Assembly (NCBI GenBank): GCA_964016885.1
Contig: OZ024743.1
Coordinates: 363,134,001 to 363,198,000 of the forward strand
From: Eledone cirrhosa
Taxonomy: Eukaryota
Reading direction: 5' to 3'
DNA length: 64,000 nt
Each line of letters starts with the position of its first letter. Within the stretch, counting starts at the first letter, position 1. Shown here piece after piece: positions 35,578 through 48,289 of this stretch. A model generated the notes under the pieces. That model searched no databases. It was not told where the DNA came from and worked only from the letters and a program-made list of their open reading frames with translations. Position numbers and translations under genes: made by a program.

Positions 35578-37281
35578 ATGAAAGTAACAGAAAGAGTTAT
35601 AGCACAGCTGATTAGGGACCGGGTGAATATAGACGAGATGCAATTTGGGTTTGTACCAGGGAAAGGCACCACTGATGCCCTCTTCCTTGTGAGGCAATTA
35701 CAGGAAAAGTACCTAGCTAAAAGTAAGCCACTCTACTTGGCATTTGTCGACCTTGAGAAAGCCTTTGACAGAGTTCCACGTGCAGTAATCTGGTGGGCTC
35801 TTAGAAAACTAGGAGTAGATGAATGGCTTGTGAAAGCGGTACAAGCCATGTATAGGGGAGCAGTCAGCAAAGTTAGGATTGGCAATGAGTATAGCGAGGA
35901 ATTTAGCGTACAGGTTGGGGTCCACCAGGGCTCTGTTCTTAGCCCTCTCCTGTTCATCATAGTCCTGCAGGCAATAACGGAGGAGTTTAAGACCGGATGC
36001 CCATGGGAACTCCTGTATGCTGATGACCTCGCACTCATAGCTGAATCTATGGTAGAACTAGAGAATAAATTCCAAACCTGGAAGCAGGGACTAGAGAGAA
36101 AGGGCCTCAAAGTCAACATGACAAAGACTAAGGTCCTTATAAGTAGACGAGAAAACAGAACCCAGATCCCCTCAGGGAAATGGCCTTGCTCAGTATGTAG
36201 GAAGGGTGTAGGTAGGAACTCCATTCTCTGCCCCAAATGCAAACAATGGGTACACAAGAGATGTAGCGGGATCTCAGGAAGCTTAATTAAGAATGTAGGA
36301 TTCACATGCAGCAGCTGTGCTGAAACAGCAAGCAAACAGCCACAGGAAACAAGTACCACCAATCTCTGGGAGGGCCCTGTAGAAACAGTAGACAGCTTCT
36401 GCTACCTAGGTGACCGAATTAGCAACGGAGGTGGGTGCTCAGAAAGTACAATAACTAGGGTAAGAACGGGATGGAAGAAGTTTAGGGAACTACTACCACT
36501 GCTAGCTGCAAAAGGCTTCTCCCTCAGAATGAAAGGCAGACTGTATGATGCGTGTATCCGAACAGCGATGTTGCATGGTAGTGAGACCTGGGCGCTGAAG
36601 GTGGAAGACTTACGTAGATTAGAGAGAAACGAAGCCTGCATGCTCCGATGGATGTGTAACAGTAATATACGTGAACGACAAAGCATAAAGGAATTGAGAG
36701 AGAGACTGAGCATAAGAGGAATCAAATGCTGCGTGCAGGAGAGGCGGTTACGCTGGTATGGACATGTGATGCGTATGAAGGATGACAGCTGCATAAAAAG
36801 GTGCAGAGCACTAGAAGTTGATGGAAACCGCGGAGTGGGGAGACCCAAGATGACTTGGGATGAGGTGATAAAAGCCGACCTTACCCAACTACACCTCTCA
36901 AAGTCAATGACACACGACCGTGACTTCTGGCGTCACGCAGTAATACAGGGTACCCGACCTCCCATGGGTACATGCTGAAGCATATAAACAATATGCCCCC
37001 CCCCCCCCCCCGCAAGGTGGTCGTGGAGGTGCCACGGCAAAAAAGCACCCAGCCCACACTGTAAAGTGGACGTGTAGGCGCCACGAAAAAGCACCCAGCA
37101 CTCACTGTAAATCAGGTTGGTGTTAGGAAGGGCATCCAGCTGTAGAAATCAAGCCAGATCAGTTCCTGTATGAGCAAGGCATGGTCAGCCGACCAGACAC
37201 TGCCCACAACAGGACAACCCGTCTAACCCATGCTAGCGTGGAAGAACGGACGTAAAACGGTGATGATGATGATGATGATGA
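35575..37281 (+). mobile_element. 5'-truncated RTE LINE (subfamily B) with intact 466-codon RT/PHD frame
   Basis: Begins right after (TA)n; ORF 35578-36978 is colinear with the full-length ORF; 3' UTR and (GAT)n tail. Confidence 0.92.
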
Positions 37282-37289
37282 TATATATA

Positions 37290-38056
37290 GATCAGATGTT
37301 GTTTACTCGAGAGAAGACTACGTTGGTATGGTCACGTGATGCGCATGAAAGACGACAGCTGTATAAAAAAGTGCAGGGCAATAAAAATAGACGGTAGCCA
37401 CGGAGTAGGCAGACCCAGAAAAACCTGGGACGACTTGATAAATTCTGACCTCACACACTTACACCTCTCCAAGACAATGTCACTGGACCGAGATCTTTGG
37501 CGCTACACAGTCATACAAAAGACCCGCCTTGCCTAAGTACAAAGCGAAACCTACAGTCAGTAGGCACCTCTAACAAAATACACCCCATCCCACTACCCCC
37601 ACCCCATCCACACCACCCCCTTAAATGTGAAGTTATGTTGGTACCACAACATCCAGTCAGAAACAAATGAGGTCGTGTAGGTGTCACGACAAAAAAAACA
37701 CAAAGTCCACGCTGTAATGTGGCCGTGTAGGTAACACAATAAAAACCTCCCAGTTCACACTGTAAACGTGGTTGGTGTTGGGAAGGCCACCCAGCCGTAG
37801 AAAACCCGCCAGATGTGTAGGTGTCATGACAAAAAAACACACAGTCCACACTGTAATGTGGCCATGTAGGTAACACGGTAAAAACCTCCCAGTCCACACT
37901 GTAAACGTGGTTGGTGTTAGGAAGGGAATCCAGCTGTAGAAAACCCGCCAGACAGTCCTATACGAGCAGGACAACAAATCTTGCCTCAAGTGGGAAAACT
38001 CCCGTCCAAACCCATGCAAGCGAGCGTGGAAGATGGACGTTAAACGATGATGATGA
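37290..38056 (+). mobile_element. 5'-truncated RTE LINE (subfamily A), head-to-tail behind the subfamily B copy
   Basis: Closely matches 31735-32380; internal 3' UTR duplication; (GAT)n tail. Confidence 0.9.
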
Positions 38057-38115
38057 TATATACATATACATATATATATGCATGTATGATATATATATAT
38101 ATATAATCATTTCAT

Positions 38116-38293
38116 AATTGTTTCTACTTTTGGCACAAGGCCAGCAATTACCCAGTGCATTACTGGTACTTTATTTTATTGACCCCCGTAAGGATGAAAG
38201 GCAAAGTCAACCTCGGCGGGATTTGAACTCAGATCGTTAAGGGATGTAACTATGCTGGAAAGCATGGCGTCCGACCCTCTACCGATACTGCCA
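38116..38293 (-). mobile_element. SINE family 1
   Basis: Near-identical reverse complement of 13537-13712. Confidence 0.85.
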
Positions 38294-38999
38294 TAATGAA
38301 ACATATAAAGTGATCAGTGATACAGAAAGTGTTTAGCCAGTAAAACCATGCTGAATCTATGGAAAGCACAGCTATGGAAAATAGAAATTAAATAGTGATA
38401 ATATTGATGATGATGTTGATGTACATACAGGGTTTCTCACAGGAAAAGAGCATAGATATAAACTCTACTGTGTAGGAAGTGATTATGGGGTAGGGAGAGT
38501 AGTCATATCTCTAACTGAAATGTGGATAAAGTATTTGAGGTAGTCAAAATATGTGACATAATAGTCATATACAATACATAACAACACTAGTCTTCACATA
38601 CACACTACAATTAGGGCTTACTAAAGAACAAAAATACTACTTCTAATAGGAACTCCTACAGATCGCATCAATGACAAATGACATCAACTTTATTGTCTAG
38701 GCTGGTGATTTCAATGGTCATGTTGCACAGCATCAAGATAGTTACACTGGAGTACATTCATTCCCATTACTTTTCTCACTCAGTCAATTTCATCCTTACT
38801 CAACATATGACACAACTATCTCAATCTATTTCTCCTCACAGCTTTCATCACTGACTTTATTTTTCTCACTCAGTCATGGTCATTCTTACTCAACACATGA
38901 CCTAACCATTTCATTACATTCTCTTCACAACATTCATTACCTGCTCTATTCCCATCATATTCTGTGATTCATTGTTTGTTTTCCTATATTTATTTGCAG

Positions 39000-39197
39000 A
39001 CTGAAATATCTGAACTTGTCAAAGAATCTACTGCTGAGTCTTCCATCTCCAAACAGCAACGAATCATTAAACAGACTACAAAATCTCTTCCTGACAGCCA
39101 ATAGATTACATGATGATGCGTTTCTGGTCATTAGTAATTTCCCTCGTCTCAAGAGACTACACTTAGCTCAGAATTTCCTCACAGACATTCCTGACAA
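39000..39197 (+). CDS. PHLPP: PHLPP exon 10 (LRR)
   Basis: ttgcag|A...AA|gtaagt, 198 nt; LKYLNLSKNLLLSLP...LQNLFLTANRLHD...LHLAQN. Confidence 0.93.
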
Positions 39198-39820
39198 GTA
39201 AGTTATTATTAGGGATATTTTCAGTTCAGTTCACTTTATTATTGTTACTGTTGTTGTGAAGGTGCATGGCTTAGTGATCAGGGTATTCAGCTCACATTCA
39301 TGAGGTTGTGAATTTGATTCTTGATGGCACATTGTGTCCTTGAGTAAGACATTTTATTTCATGTTACCCCTGTCCACACAACTGGAAAATTAAGTTGTAC
39401 TTTTAATTCAAAGAACCAGCCTTGTCACACTTGTGTCATGCTGAATCTCCCTGAGAACTATGTTAAGCATACATGTGTCTATAGAATGCTCAGCCATTTG
39501 CATGATAATTTCATGAACAGACTGTTCTGTTTTCCAAACTCATCATCAGAAGCAACTGAGATTAATAAAACAACGATGTTGTTAGTGCAGTAGATTTTCA
39601 GAATTGCATGCACATCAGTTAAAAATTCTGTGCTGCATTTATTCTAACTCTTTACATTCTAATTTCAAATTTTATTGAGTTCAAGTTTGCTTTTTATCCA
39701 TCCAGGGTTGATAAAATAAAGTACATTCAAATACTGGTATCAAACTAATGATCTTTCCTTTCACCACCAAATATTGCTGGTATAAATTATAAATAGTTAT
39801 TATTATCATATAAAATACAA

Positions 39821-40036
39821 GGGTGGTGGATTGGCAGTATTGGTAGAGGGTCGGACGCCATGCTTTGCAGCATAGAGTTACGGCCCTTTATTATCTGAGT
39901 TCAAATCCCGCCGAGGTTGAATTTACCTTTCATCCTTCTGGGGTCGATGAAATGACGTACCAGTCACGCACTGGGGTTGATTTGATCGACTTTCCCCTCC
40001 CCCAAAATTGCTGGCCTTGTGCCTATAAAAGAAATC
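39821..40036 (+). mobile_element. SINE family 1
   Basis: 19-bp TSD attatcatataaaatacaa (39802-39820 / 40037-40055). Confidence 0.85.
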
Positions 40037-40364
40037 ATTATCATATAAAATACAACATTTATAGATTTCGTATTAAAAACAATACAAATGTTATTTTAAG
40101 TCAGAAAAGATCAATAACAAGATTCAAACTACCTATCATAGAAATGGTGAACATATGACACATGTATTTTAAGTGGCAAATGAAAACCTTTTAATGAATT
40201 GTGAGAGGTTTAATTTTTCATTAGTAATGTCATATTTCCGTGGTTGCGTACATTGCAAGATCTTCCTTTTTAAAAAGCTGCCTGTTCACTTCTAAGTTTG
40301 TGGTTCAGTTCCTGTTGAAATCTTTTCAACAGCAGCCAACACATGATTGGAAAGAAATAAAGCT

Positions 40365-41310
40365 TATATGTTCTGATGGATGTGTAATAGTAGTGTGAAT
40401 GAATGACAAAGCATCAATGAACTGAGAGAGAAACTAAGTATAAGAGGGGTCAGAAAGAGATTGTATAGGTTTGGACATGTGATGCATATGGAGGATAACA
40501 GATGTACTCATTTAAAAATGTGCAGGACACTCAAAGTTGATGGTAATTATGGAAGGGGAAGACTTGGAATGAAGTGATAGAAGCTGACCGTGCCCAAATA
40601 CACTTCATAAAGGAGATGATACAGAATTGAGACCTCTGGCATCATGCTGTACTGCAGAACCCCCCCCCCCCATCCTGTGCACAAAATAAAACAAAACAAA
40701 TATGCAGAGGACACACTAACCTGCAGCAATCCTCTCTCCACCCTATCCTCATCCACTGTTCCCTGCCATAATACCACGCTCACACTTGCTAAATATTCCA
40801 CACACCTAATTAATGTTGAACTCACTTACCTGCCCACACAGTTCTGATACACTTCACTTGTCAGGCCAATAAAAGCTAGACATGCTTGACATCTAATCTC
40901 CCACATTGCCATTGCCATGACAAAAAGCACTAAGTCAATCCTGTATGCTGATCTGATGCCACAACAGCAAATTCACCCAGTCTACACTGTATGGTGGTCA
41001 TGCTGGTGACACAACAACATGTGCCCACTCCACAATGTAAAGTGGTCATGCTGGTGACATGACAAAAAGCACCCAGTCCATACTGTAAGGTGGTTGTGTT
41101 GGTGACATGACAAAAAGTGCCCAGTTCACCCTGTAAGGTAGTCATTTTGGTGCCACAATATAAAGTACCCAGTTTACACTGTAATGTGATTGGTGTTAGG
41201 AAGTGCATCCACTCATAGAAACCAAGCCAAAATACAGATCCATTTGAGCAAGATGTGGTCTTTGAACCTGCCATATCCCATAACATGACAATCCATCAAA
41301 CCCATGCAAT
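40365..41310 (+). mobile_element. Decayed RTE 3' fragment with expanded 3' UTR repeats
   Basis: WMC...ELREKLSIRG...FGHVM remnants; about six ~40-bp UTR units. Confidence 0.8.
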
Positions 41311-41319
41311 ATATATACA

Positions 41320-41582
41320 CAGTGGAACCTCAGTTTAGGTATGCCTCTCATCAGGAACAAATCAGTTCATGAACGGTGTCTCGAGTAATGATTGGTAACA
41401 AGTGTTACTTGCTGTGTAGTTAGTTACTATGGTGATATCTATCTGTTTTTCACACACAGTCTCTCTCTCACTGTATTTCTCTCTCAACATTTCGTATGGA
41501 AAAAATAGTTTCAGAAAATAAACATTTCGGGTGGTGAACAGCCTTCAGGTACTAATTAAGTTCATGAACCAAGGTTCCACTG
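41320..41582. mobile_element. pogo/Tigger-type MITE
   Basis: TIR cagtggaacct / aggttccactg; right flank TA. Confidence 0.68.
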
Positions 41583-41589
41583 TATATCA

Positions 41590-42335
41590 TTATTATCATC
41601 ATCGTTTAACGTCCATTTTCTATGCTAGCATGGGTTAGATGGGTTGTCTCATTTGAGGTAAGTCAAGGTCAGGTGACCATGTCTTGCTCATACAGAACTG
41701 TGGCTGGTCTGGTTTCTATTGCTGGATACCCATCCTAATGCCAACCATATTTACAGTGTGAACTGGGTACTTTTTCTTGCGATGCCTTCATGATCACTAT
41801 ACAGTGTTGACTATCACTATACGGGAAGGTATGTGGGTATTAGAGAGGTAGATCTAAAGTGGGGCACTTATCTGATGAATAAGTGGGGATATAAGGACGT
41901 GGAAGTGGGTGTGGTGTTAGGACATGGGTGTAGTGTTAGGACATGGGTGAAGTGTTAGGACATGGGTAGAGTGTTATGACATGGGAGGTGTATGGAAGGG
42001 GGAAGACATATAGGGGTTAAGTGGTGCATACTAGGTGTATGCTTCAATCTGTGCACATGGAAAAGGTAGATCTTCTGTATTACTGCATAATGCCAGAGAT
42101 CTCGATCTTGTGACATCACCTTCGAGAGGTGCAATTGTGCAAGGTCAGCTTTTATCACCTTATCCCAAGTCTTCCTAGGTCTTCCTACTCCATAGCTTCC
42201 ATCAACTTTTAGTGCCCTGCACCATTTTATACAGCTGTCATCCTTCATATGCATCACATGGCCATACCAATGCATTTCTTCTCCTGTACACTGCAACTGA
42301 TCTCTCTTATGCTCAGTTTCTCTCTCAGTTTATAT
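41590..42335 (-). mobile_element. Decayed RTE 3' fragment
   Basis: ORF 41955-42296: WYGHVMHMKDDSCIK...GRPRKTWD; (CAT)n tail. Confidence 0.85.
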
Positions 42336-42368
42336 ATGATTCTTAAATGAGAACATGTTGTATTACAG

Positions 42369-42531
42369 CACCATTTCTAAGCTGGAGGCTCTTGAAGAAT
42401 TAAATATATCATCGAATAATCTGTCACGTTTCCCAGCATCTTTATGTAAACATAAAAAACTGCAAATATTGAGAGCAAACTGTAATCGAATTCGAGAATT
42501 ACCAGCTTTCAAAGAAGCTCCAGAACTGAAG
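42369..42531 (+). CDS. PHLPP: PHLPP exon 11 (LRR)
   Basis: tacag|C...AAG|gtaagg, 163 nt; TISKLEALEELNISSNNLSRFP...LRANCNRIRELP. Confidence 0.92.
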
Positions 42532-42774
42532 GTAAGGTTTTTTGTTTTTTTTTCACCATCCTCTAGATATCTTGGGTGTAATACTAATATTGAACATAAA
42601 AGTTTAGTTTATATAAGACCTATAGAGATGCAGACGTGGTCATGTAGTTAAAAAATTCATTTTGATCTTAAATTTCATCATATTTTTCAGCATTTTGAGC
42701 AAATGTTTCTGGTTAGCCCAAGTCTAAATAGAAATTGAGAAGACAAACTTTGAGTGAAAGTTCAGCAAATAGAC

Positions 42775-44760
42775 TGCATCTGTTTTGTCATGGTAGACTT
42801 GAACTATTAGCCAGCAGTATCATAATAAACAGGAGAAAGCTAAGATCAGAGCCCTGGTGGATGCCAACTTACATGCTAAATTCCTCTCTTTAGTCATTGT
42901 TAATCCTAACTTTGCTGACTGATCCCCTATACATGGCTTATACAGCCATCACAAGCCACTCATCTACTCCTAGTTTTCTAAGAGCTCACCAGATTATGAA
43001 CAAGGACTCTGTCAAAAGCTTTCTTCAAATCAGGTAGAGAGGCATACATTTAGCCAGGTACTTCTCCTGTAACTGCTTCACCAGGAAGAGAGCAGCTGTG
43101 GTGCTTTTATCTGGTACAAATTTGAACTGCATTGCATCTAGATTTACCCAGTCCCTAATCAGCTGTGCTATAACTCTTTCATTACCTGGTCCATCAACTT
43201 TATGCCTCTATAGTTTCCTCTATCTATTGCATCTCCTTTATCCTTGTAGCAGTTGACAATGATGCTGCCATTTTGTATTACTTGGTTTACAATACATGTG
43301 GTTACAGTGTGACCCACTGACCCATAAGTTCTCCACATTTCGGCAGCTATTCCCGATGGACTGGCTGCTTTCCTGGTCTTCATACCCTTAATTGTTTTAC
43401 TTATTACACTGCTGCTTTGTATGTCTGGACCCTCTGTAGGGTCCACTTGAGGTAGAGTCTCTTTCTCCCATAAATTCTCCTCATTCAGTAACGTTTTATA
43501 ATGGCTCTTCCATACAACTTTTTTTTCAGTGTCATCACGAACACATTTCTCTCCAATGATATCACAATTTTCCCTAATGCACAGCCTCATGAACATCTCG
43601 TGATTCTGGTCTTCACGGTGCAAAACATGTTTGAATTTTTTATGTTCTGCTTCCCTCCTTGCCAAGTGTACTTGTCATCTAGTTTCCCTCCTGGCCTCTA
43701 TGTAGTGTACCTTGCTTCACCTGTTCTTCCATTGTTTTCCATGCTTTAATTGTTTTGGCTTTAATTGTCTTATCTACTTTATTGTTCCATCACCAAATCA
43801 CTCTCCTTCTCTCTGTAGCCCTGCTCCATCCACAGATCTCATCTGTCACCTTCAGTAGAATATCTTTCAGGAACTCCCAATGCTCTTCTATATTGAATGT
43901 CTCTATTTGTTCTTCCTTACTGTTATAGGTGTCAAGCAAAATATCTTCACATTTTTTACTGGCTGAGGGCTCTTTCAGCTTCCATATCCTTCTCCACCAG
44001 GTTTCCCTCTGTCTTCAAGTTCATTTAGCTCTGACAATGATGTTGCTAACTACTAGGTTATGTTGGGAGGTGCATTCCTCACCAGGGAAGGATTTCATGT
44101 TTACCACTGACACTGTATCTCGCCATCTGGTAAGGATAAAATCTATCTGAGAAGCATGTTCACCAGGTGATCAGGTGGTTGTCAGGTTTTTTGAAGTTTG
44201 TGTTAAGTCACAGAATTCTAGGAGCGTGAAACCTTCTTCATTTCTTGCGCCAAACCCATACCATCCAAACTCTGTAGAAGCTGTCACAGTGTTTTCCAAC
44301 ATGTCCATTAAAATACCCCACAATGAATAGGAAGTCACTGTCATTCATTAGCACAGTTGTGTGCATTAAGGATTCATAAAACCTATTCTTGAGTTTGTCT
44401 GACACCCTGGTTTAGGGTGCGTATGCAGATATAATTGTAACCATCATTGTATTTAGGACGAGTCAGAGTTTAATGATTCTTGAGTTCACTCTATTTACAG
44501 AGATTACCTTATCTCCCCATTGTTCAGCTAATAAGATACCTTGTTCCCCTAGCCAATTGTCATTTCCCACCCAGAAAAACTGTAGCTCTGTTTTTTGCCT
44601 CCATCTAGTCTTTTGCACATAGCATACATCAATTTTCTTCCTCTCTAACATCTCTACAATCTCTCGTGGTCTTCCTTTCATTGTTCCCACATTGATGGTG
44701 CCAATTAAAAAGTTTGGGTATTTGTAATCAGTGGTAGAGGAGGAAGATGGTGGTGGATAT
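42775..44760 (-). mobile_element. Decayed RTE LINE, EN to mid-RT
   Basis: GTINVGTMKGR, ARREAE..KFKHVL and NYRGIKLMDQVMK on the minus strand, with stops and frameshifts. Confidence 0.88.
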
Positions 44761-46310
44761 TTGCAGGGGTTGGGGTGGCTGTATGCTTTCTGCATCTGAA
44801 ATACAGAAGATTCACATGGTCACCATACATATTTGATACATATTTATACTTAGGGTTGCTCCATCATTTCAGCCTGTCCATAATAAATGAAATAAAAAAC
44901 AGAAAAGATAGTTGCTATAGTAGTTATTGCCACAGATGGTAGGTGAAGATATCTTTGTATTGCTGGGATTTGATTTGTCTAAGAAGCTAAGGTGGTGTGT
45001 AGGGGTGGGTAAGAAGGAAATAGCAAGGTAAGTGAGTGGTTCAGCTGAATAGCCTCCTAGAATGGACTTAATAGAACAGGAGACATGAATAAAAATGAAT
45101 AGATAGCCATTGTTGATAGAGTACAAGGAATAGGTACATGAGAAAGGATAGATCTGTTGTTTATAGAATGCATGAAATGGATACATGAAATAGGATAGAG
45201 CCTTTGTTTATAGTAAGCTGTGTAAGTACTTATTGATAGGGAAGAAAACAAATTTTAGAGTTTGTAAGTTACAAATGGGCTTTGAATGATTTGGAAAAGT
45301 CTACATATGTGATGGGTTCAGGAAATATATATATGTAAAAGGTAAACAGAAACAACAACACAATCAGTACAGTATATGGAAGGGATATATTAGGTTAACG
45401 CTTGATATAGCAGGAAGTGGGTATTAACATTTTGGATACTAGTCCTTCATCAGAAGAAAGAATGAGAAATAAGATAAGTGCAGGTGAAGGAATGGCAGAC
45501 ACGGAAAGACCCGTTAGAGCTTGTAAGAGGGTGGAAATAAGAAGGTGGTGTAAGAAGATTGTAGTAGAGGAAAAGTGGTAGAGAGCCGTGGAATAGTTAA
45601 ATGCAAGAAGCAAAGAAAATTTCAAAGATACAAAAGATTTCCTGGTGGAAGTTCGGGTGTACTCCGGGTTGGTATTCAGTTTCAAGGTATATATATAGGC
45701 TAGAAAGAAATGAAAAGAGTATGCTCCGATGAATGATATGGCATGGGGAAAGAATTGATGTAGTGTGCAAGAGAGAAGACTGCATTGGTATTATATACAA
45801 TGCCTATGGATGATAACAGCCATAGAAGAAACTGCAGAGAAATCTCATTAACTGATACCTATGGAAGAGGATGACAGAATAAGCACGCTAGTGTCAATAA
45901 GTGGTAGTGCTGGTGCCACAACAAAATGCATTCAACCCACTCCGTAAAAAGAACCCAGTACACACCGTTAAGTGGTTGGCATTAGAAGGGGCATCAAACC
46001 TTAGAAACCTTTCCAGAATGGAACATATGAGTGATATACGGTCATTTGACCTGTCTAGTCTCAGAATAAGATATCCCCTTTATCCCATGCAAGCACGGAA
46101 TATAGATGTTAAATAGTGATCATGATGTATGAGAAAAAAAAATATCTGTGAGTGTATATATATATATATATATATATACATAGAATAAAAATAAGTTGAG
46201 CCAACTTATGCAGCTTCATATGCAAATGAGATTAATCACCTCATTTACACAGATGAGAAAACTAAATAATCTCGACCGTTTTCAAATCCAGCAGTCGCAA
46301 GTGTGGGAGG

Positions 46311-46356
46311 GATCGTCCTGATGAAGACCAGTTAAGTCTGAAATGCATTGACGATT
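46311..46356 (+). ncRNA. Minimal type I hammerhead ribozyme motif
   Basis: GAUCGUC-CUGAUGA-AGAC(caguuaa)GUCU-GAAA-UGCA-UU-GACGAUU: 7-bp stem I, intact core, 4-bp stem II, palindromic stem III. Confidence 0.72.
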
Positions 46357-46711
46357 GTCCCCCTTACATCTGCTCGACACCACCAGAGAGCGTTAGCCCC
46401 AGTGTTTTTTACATAACTACGGCTCCTTAAATGTTTACCTGTAAACATACCGTGTTTCTTTAGAAATACAAAATTGCTATGCTACATACGCCTGAAGCTA
46501 AATCCTATTTCTATTATATATCATCATCATCATTTTATATCCGCTTTTCCCTGCTTGCAAGGGTTGGACGGGTCCTATTCAGCATCTCTCCACTTTGTCA
46601 CGGTCCTTCGTCATCTCCTCATTTAAAAAAGATTGAGTTAATGATTTAATGATTATATAGTTGTTGGTGTAATATGTTCTGTTATTTTTTTTTTCTTCTT
46701 TCCTTTATCAG

Positions 46712-46842
46712 GTTTTGGAAGTTGGCTTTAATCAACTCTTTGATGTGCCCATGAGCAATCTTGTGAATTCTCATGTTAACCTTTTAGATATTTCTGGCAA
46801 CCCAAACATCAATCTCAATACAACAGCATTTCAAGATCTCAA
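46712..46842 (+). CDS. PHLPP: PHLPP exon 12 (end of LRR)
   Basis: tatcag|GTT...AA|gtaagt, 131 nt; VLEVGFNQLFDVPMSNLVNSHVNLLDISGNPNINL. Not in the ORF track. Confidence 0.92.
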
Positions 46843-47468
46843 GTAAGTCATTTTTCGTTATCTTACCAACAACCTCTGCATGTTTGCATATTTGCTCTTA
46901 ACTCCTGATGGTGCCATTGGGGTGCCATAGTGATATACAGCATGTCTTGGTCTGAACAGAACCAATTTCTTCCAGTGAAAGAGAGAAAGCAAAGCAAAGG
47001 AAGAGAGAAAGTGAGATAAAGAAAGAATTGCTCCTAGCACTTAACTGGTACTTTATTTACGAATCTCAAAAGGATGAAAGGCATAGTTGACCTTAGTGGG
47101 ACTTGAACTCAGAACACAGAGAGCTGCAAGGAATATTGTGATGCATGCTATTTGATGTTCTAACAACTCTGCCAAATGACCATCTCATCATTGTTTTAGA
47201 AGAGAAATTGTTCTCCACAATCAAATGGTTATTGTCAAAATACTTCAATCTCACAGCTGCCAGTATTTCTATAATTTTGACAAAAGTATATGTTGAAGGT
47301 GTGACATTTCTACAAAGCAATGGATTGGTGGAATTGTTAGAGCATTAGATAAGGTGCCTTGCAGTATTTGTTCTTGCACTTTGTATTCTGACTTCAAATT
47401 CTGCCTAGGGATTCAAATACCTTAAATGGCTTCAGTTAATCTTTCTGTGTAAAATTTTGAGAATTGGT

Positions 47469-47697
47469 TTAACCTTTTAGCATTTAAACCAGCCATATCC
47501 AACCAGAATTCTCTCACCTCTTTCTGTTCAAACTACCCATAACCAGCCGCTCACACCAATGTTAAGATATTGTTCTCAAAATAAATAACATCAAAATCTC
47601 ATAGCTTTAATATTATGTGAAATAATTATGTAAGTTAAAGTGTTTACTGTGAAAATACAATAGTATAAACAGAGTAATGTAAATGATAAAGGGTTAA
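47469..47697. mobile_element. piggyBac-type MITE
   Basis: TTAA-ccttttagcattta ... taaatgataaaggg-TTAA. Confidence 0.62.
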
Positions 47698-48289
47698 ATT
47701 TAAATAAAATACTTTAAAATGGTCATTTAAAAAAAAAATCTTAGAATCAGTGGGTAGTTTCTGATGAATAAGTATCATAAAGGGTTAAGTGTGTTAACAC
47801 CCACTTTACCATTTGTTTTTCATCAAAGCAAGCTTCTTTGGGTTCCTCCCCCTCTCAGTGGTGGTGGAGAAATGATGATGATAATGATTACAATTTCATG
47901 GTTAACTAGATTAACGATTTCATATTGTCCATGTGTTTCAATTGATTCTTTTTTAATCAAGAATTTTGGGGTATTTTATTAAAATAACTAGTGATGGTGG
48001 TAAGGACAGCATTGATGATAATGATGATAATGGTGATGATTATGATGATGATGATGATGATGATAGATTTAACAAAACTACATTAGCTACAATAATGACT
48101 TGAGAATTTCTATGAAAAAATGTCATTAATTGACAAAAGCTGTGTGAATCTGGTAATGCTATTTCGGGTAAAGTATATTTTTAGTCTGTGTCCTTGGATT
48201 TTTAGCTACAATAGACATATTTTATTTTAACTTCTTACCCTAATTTCTTTTCCCTTGTCTCCTCCTTACCTCACCCTCTGTCGTCGTTG

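Noticed and set aside
35733-36848. Antisense ORFs over RTE copies (also 28976-31791)
   Set aside because: Shadow frames of the LINE ORF with no recognisable motifs.
45420-45460. Minus-strand CUGAUGA-AGGA..UCC hammerhead remnant
   Set aside because: GAAA is replaced by AAAA and there is no stem I partner; too decayed to call.
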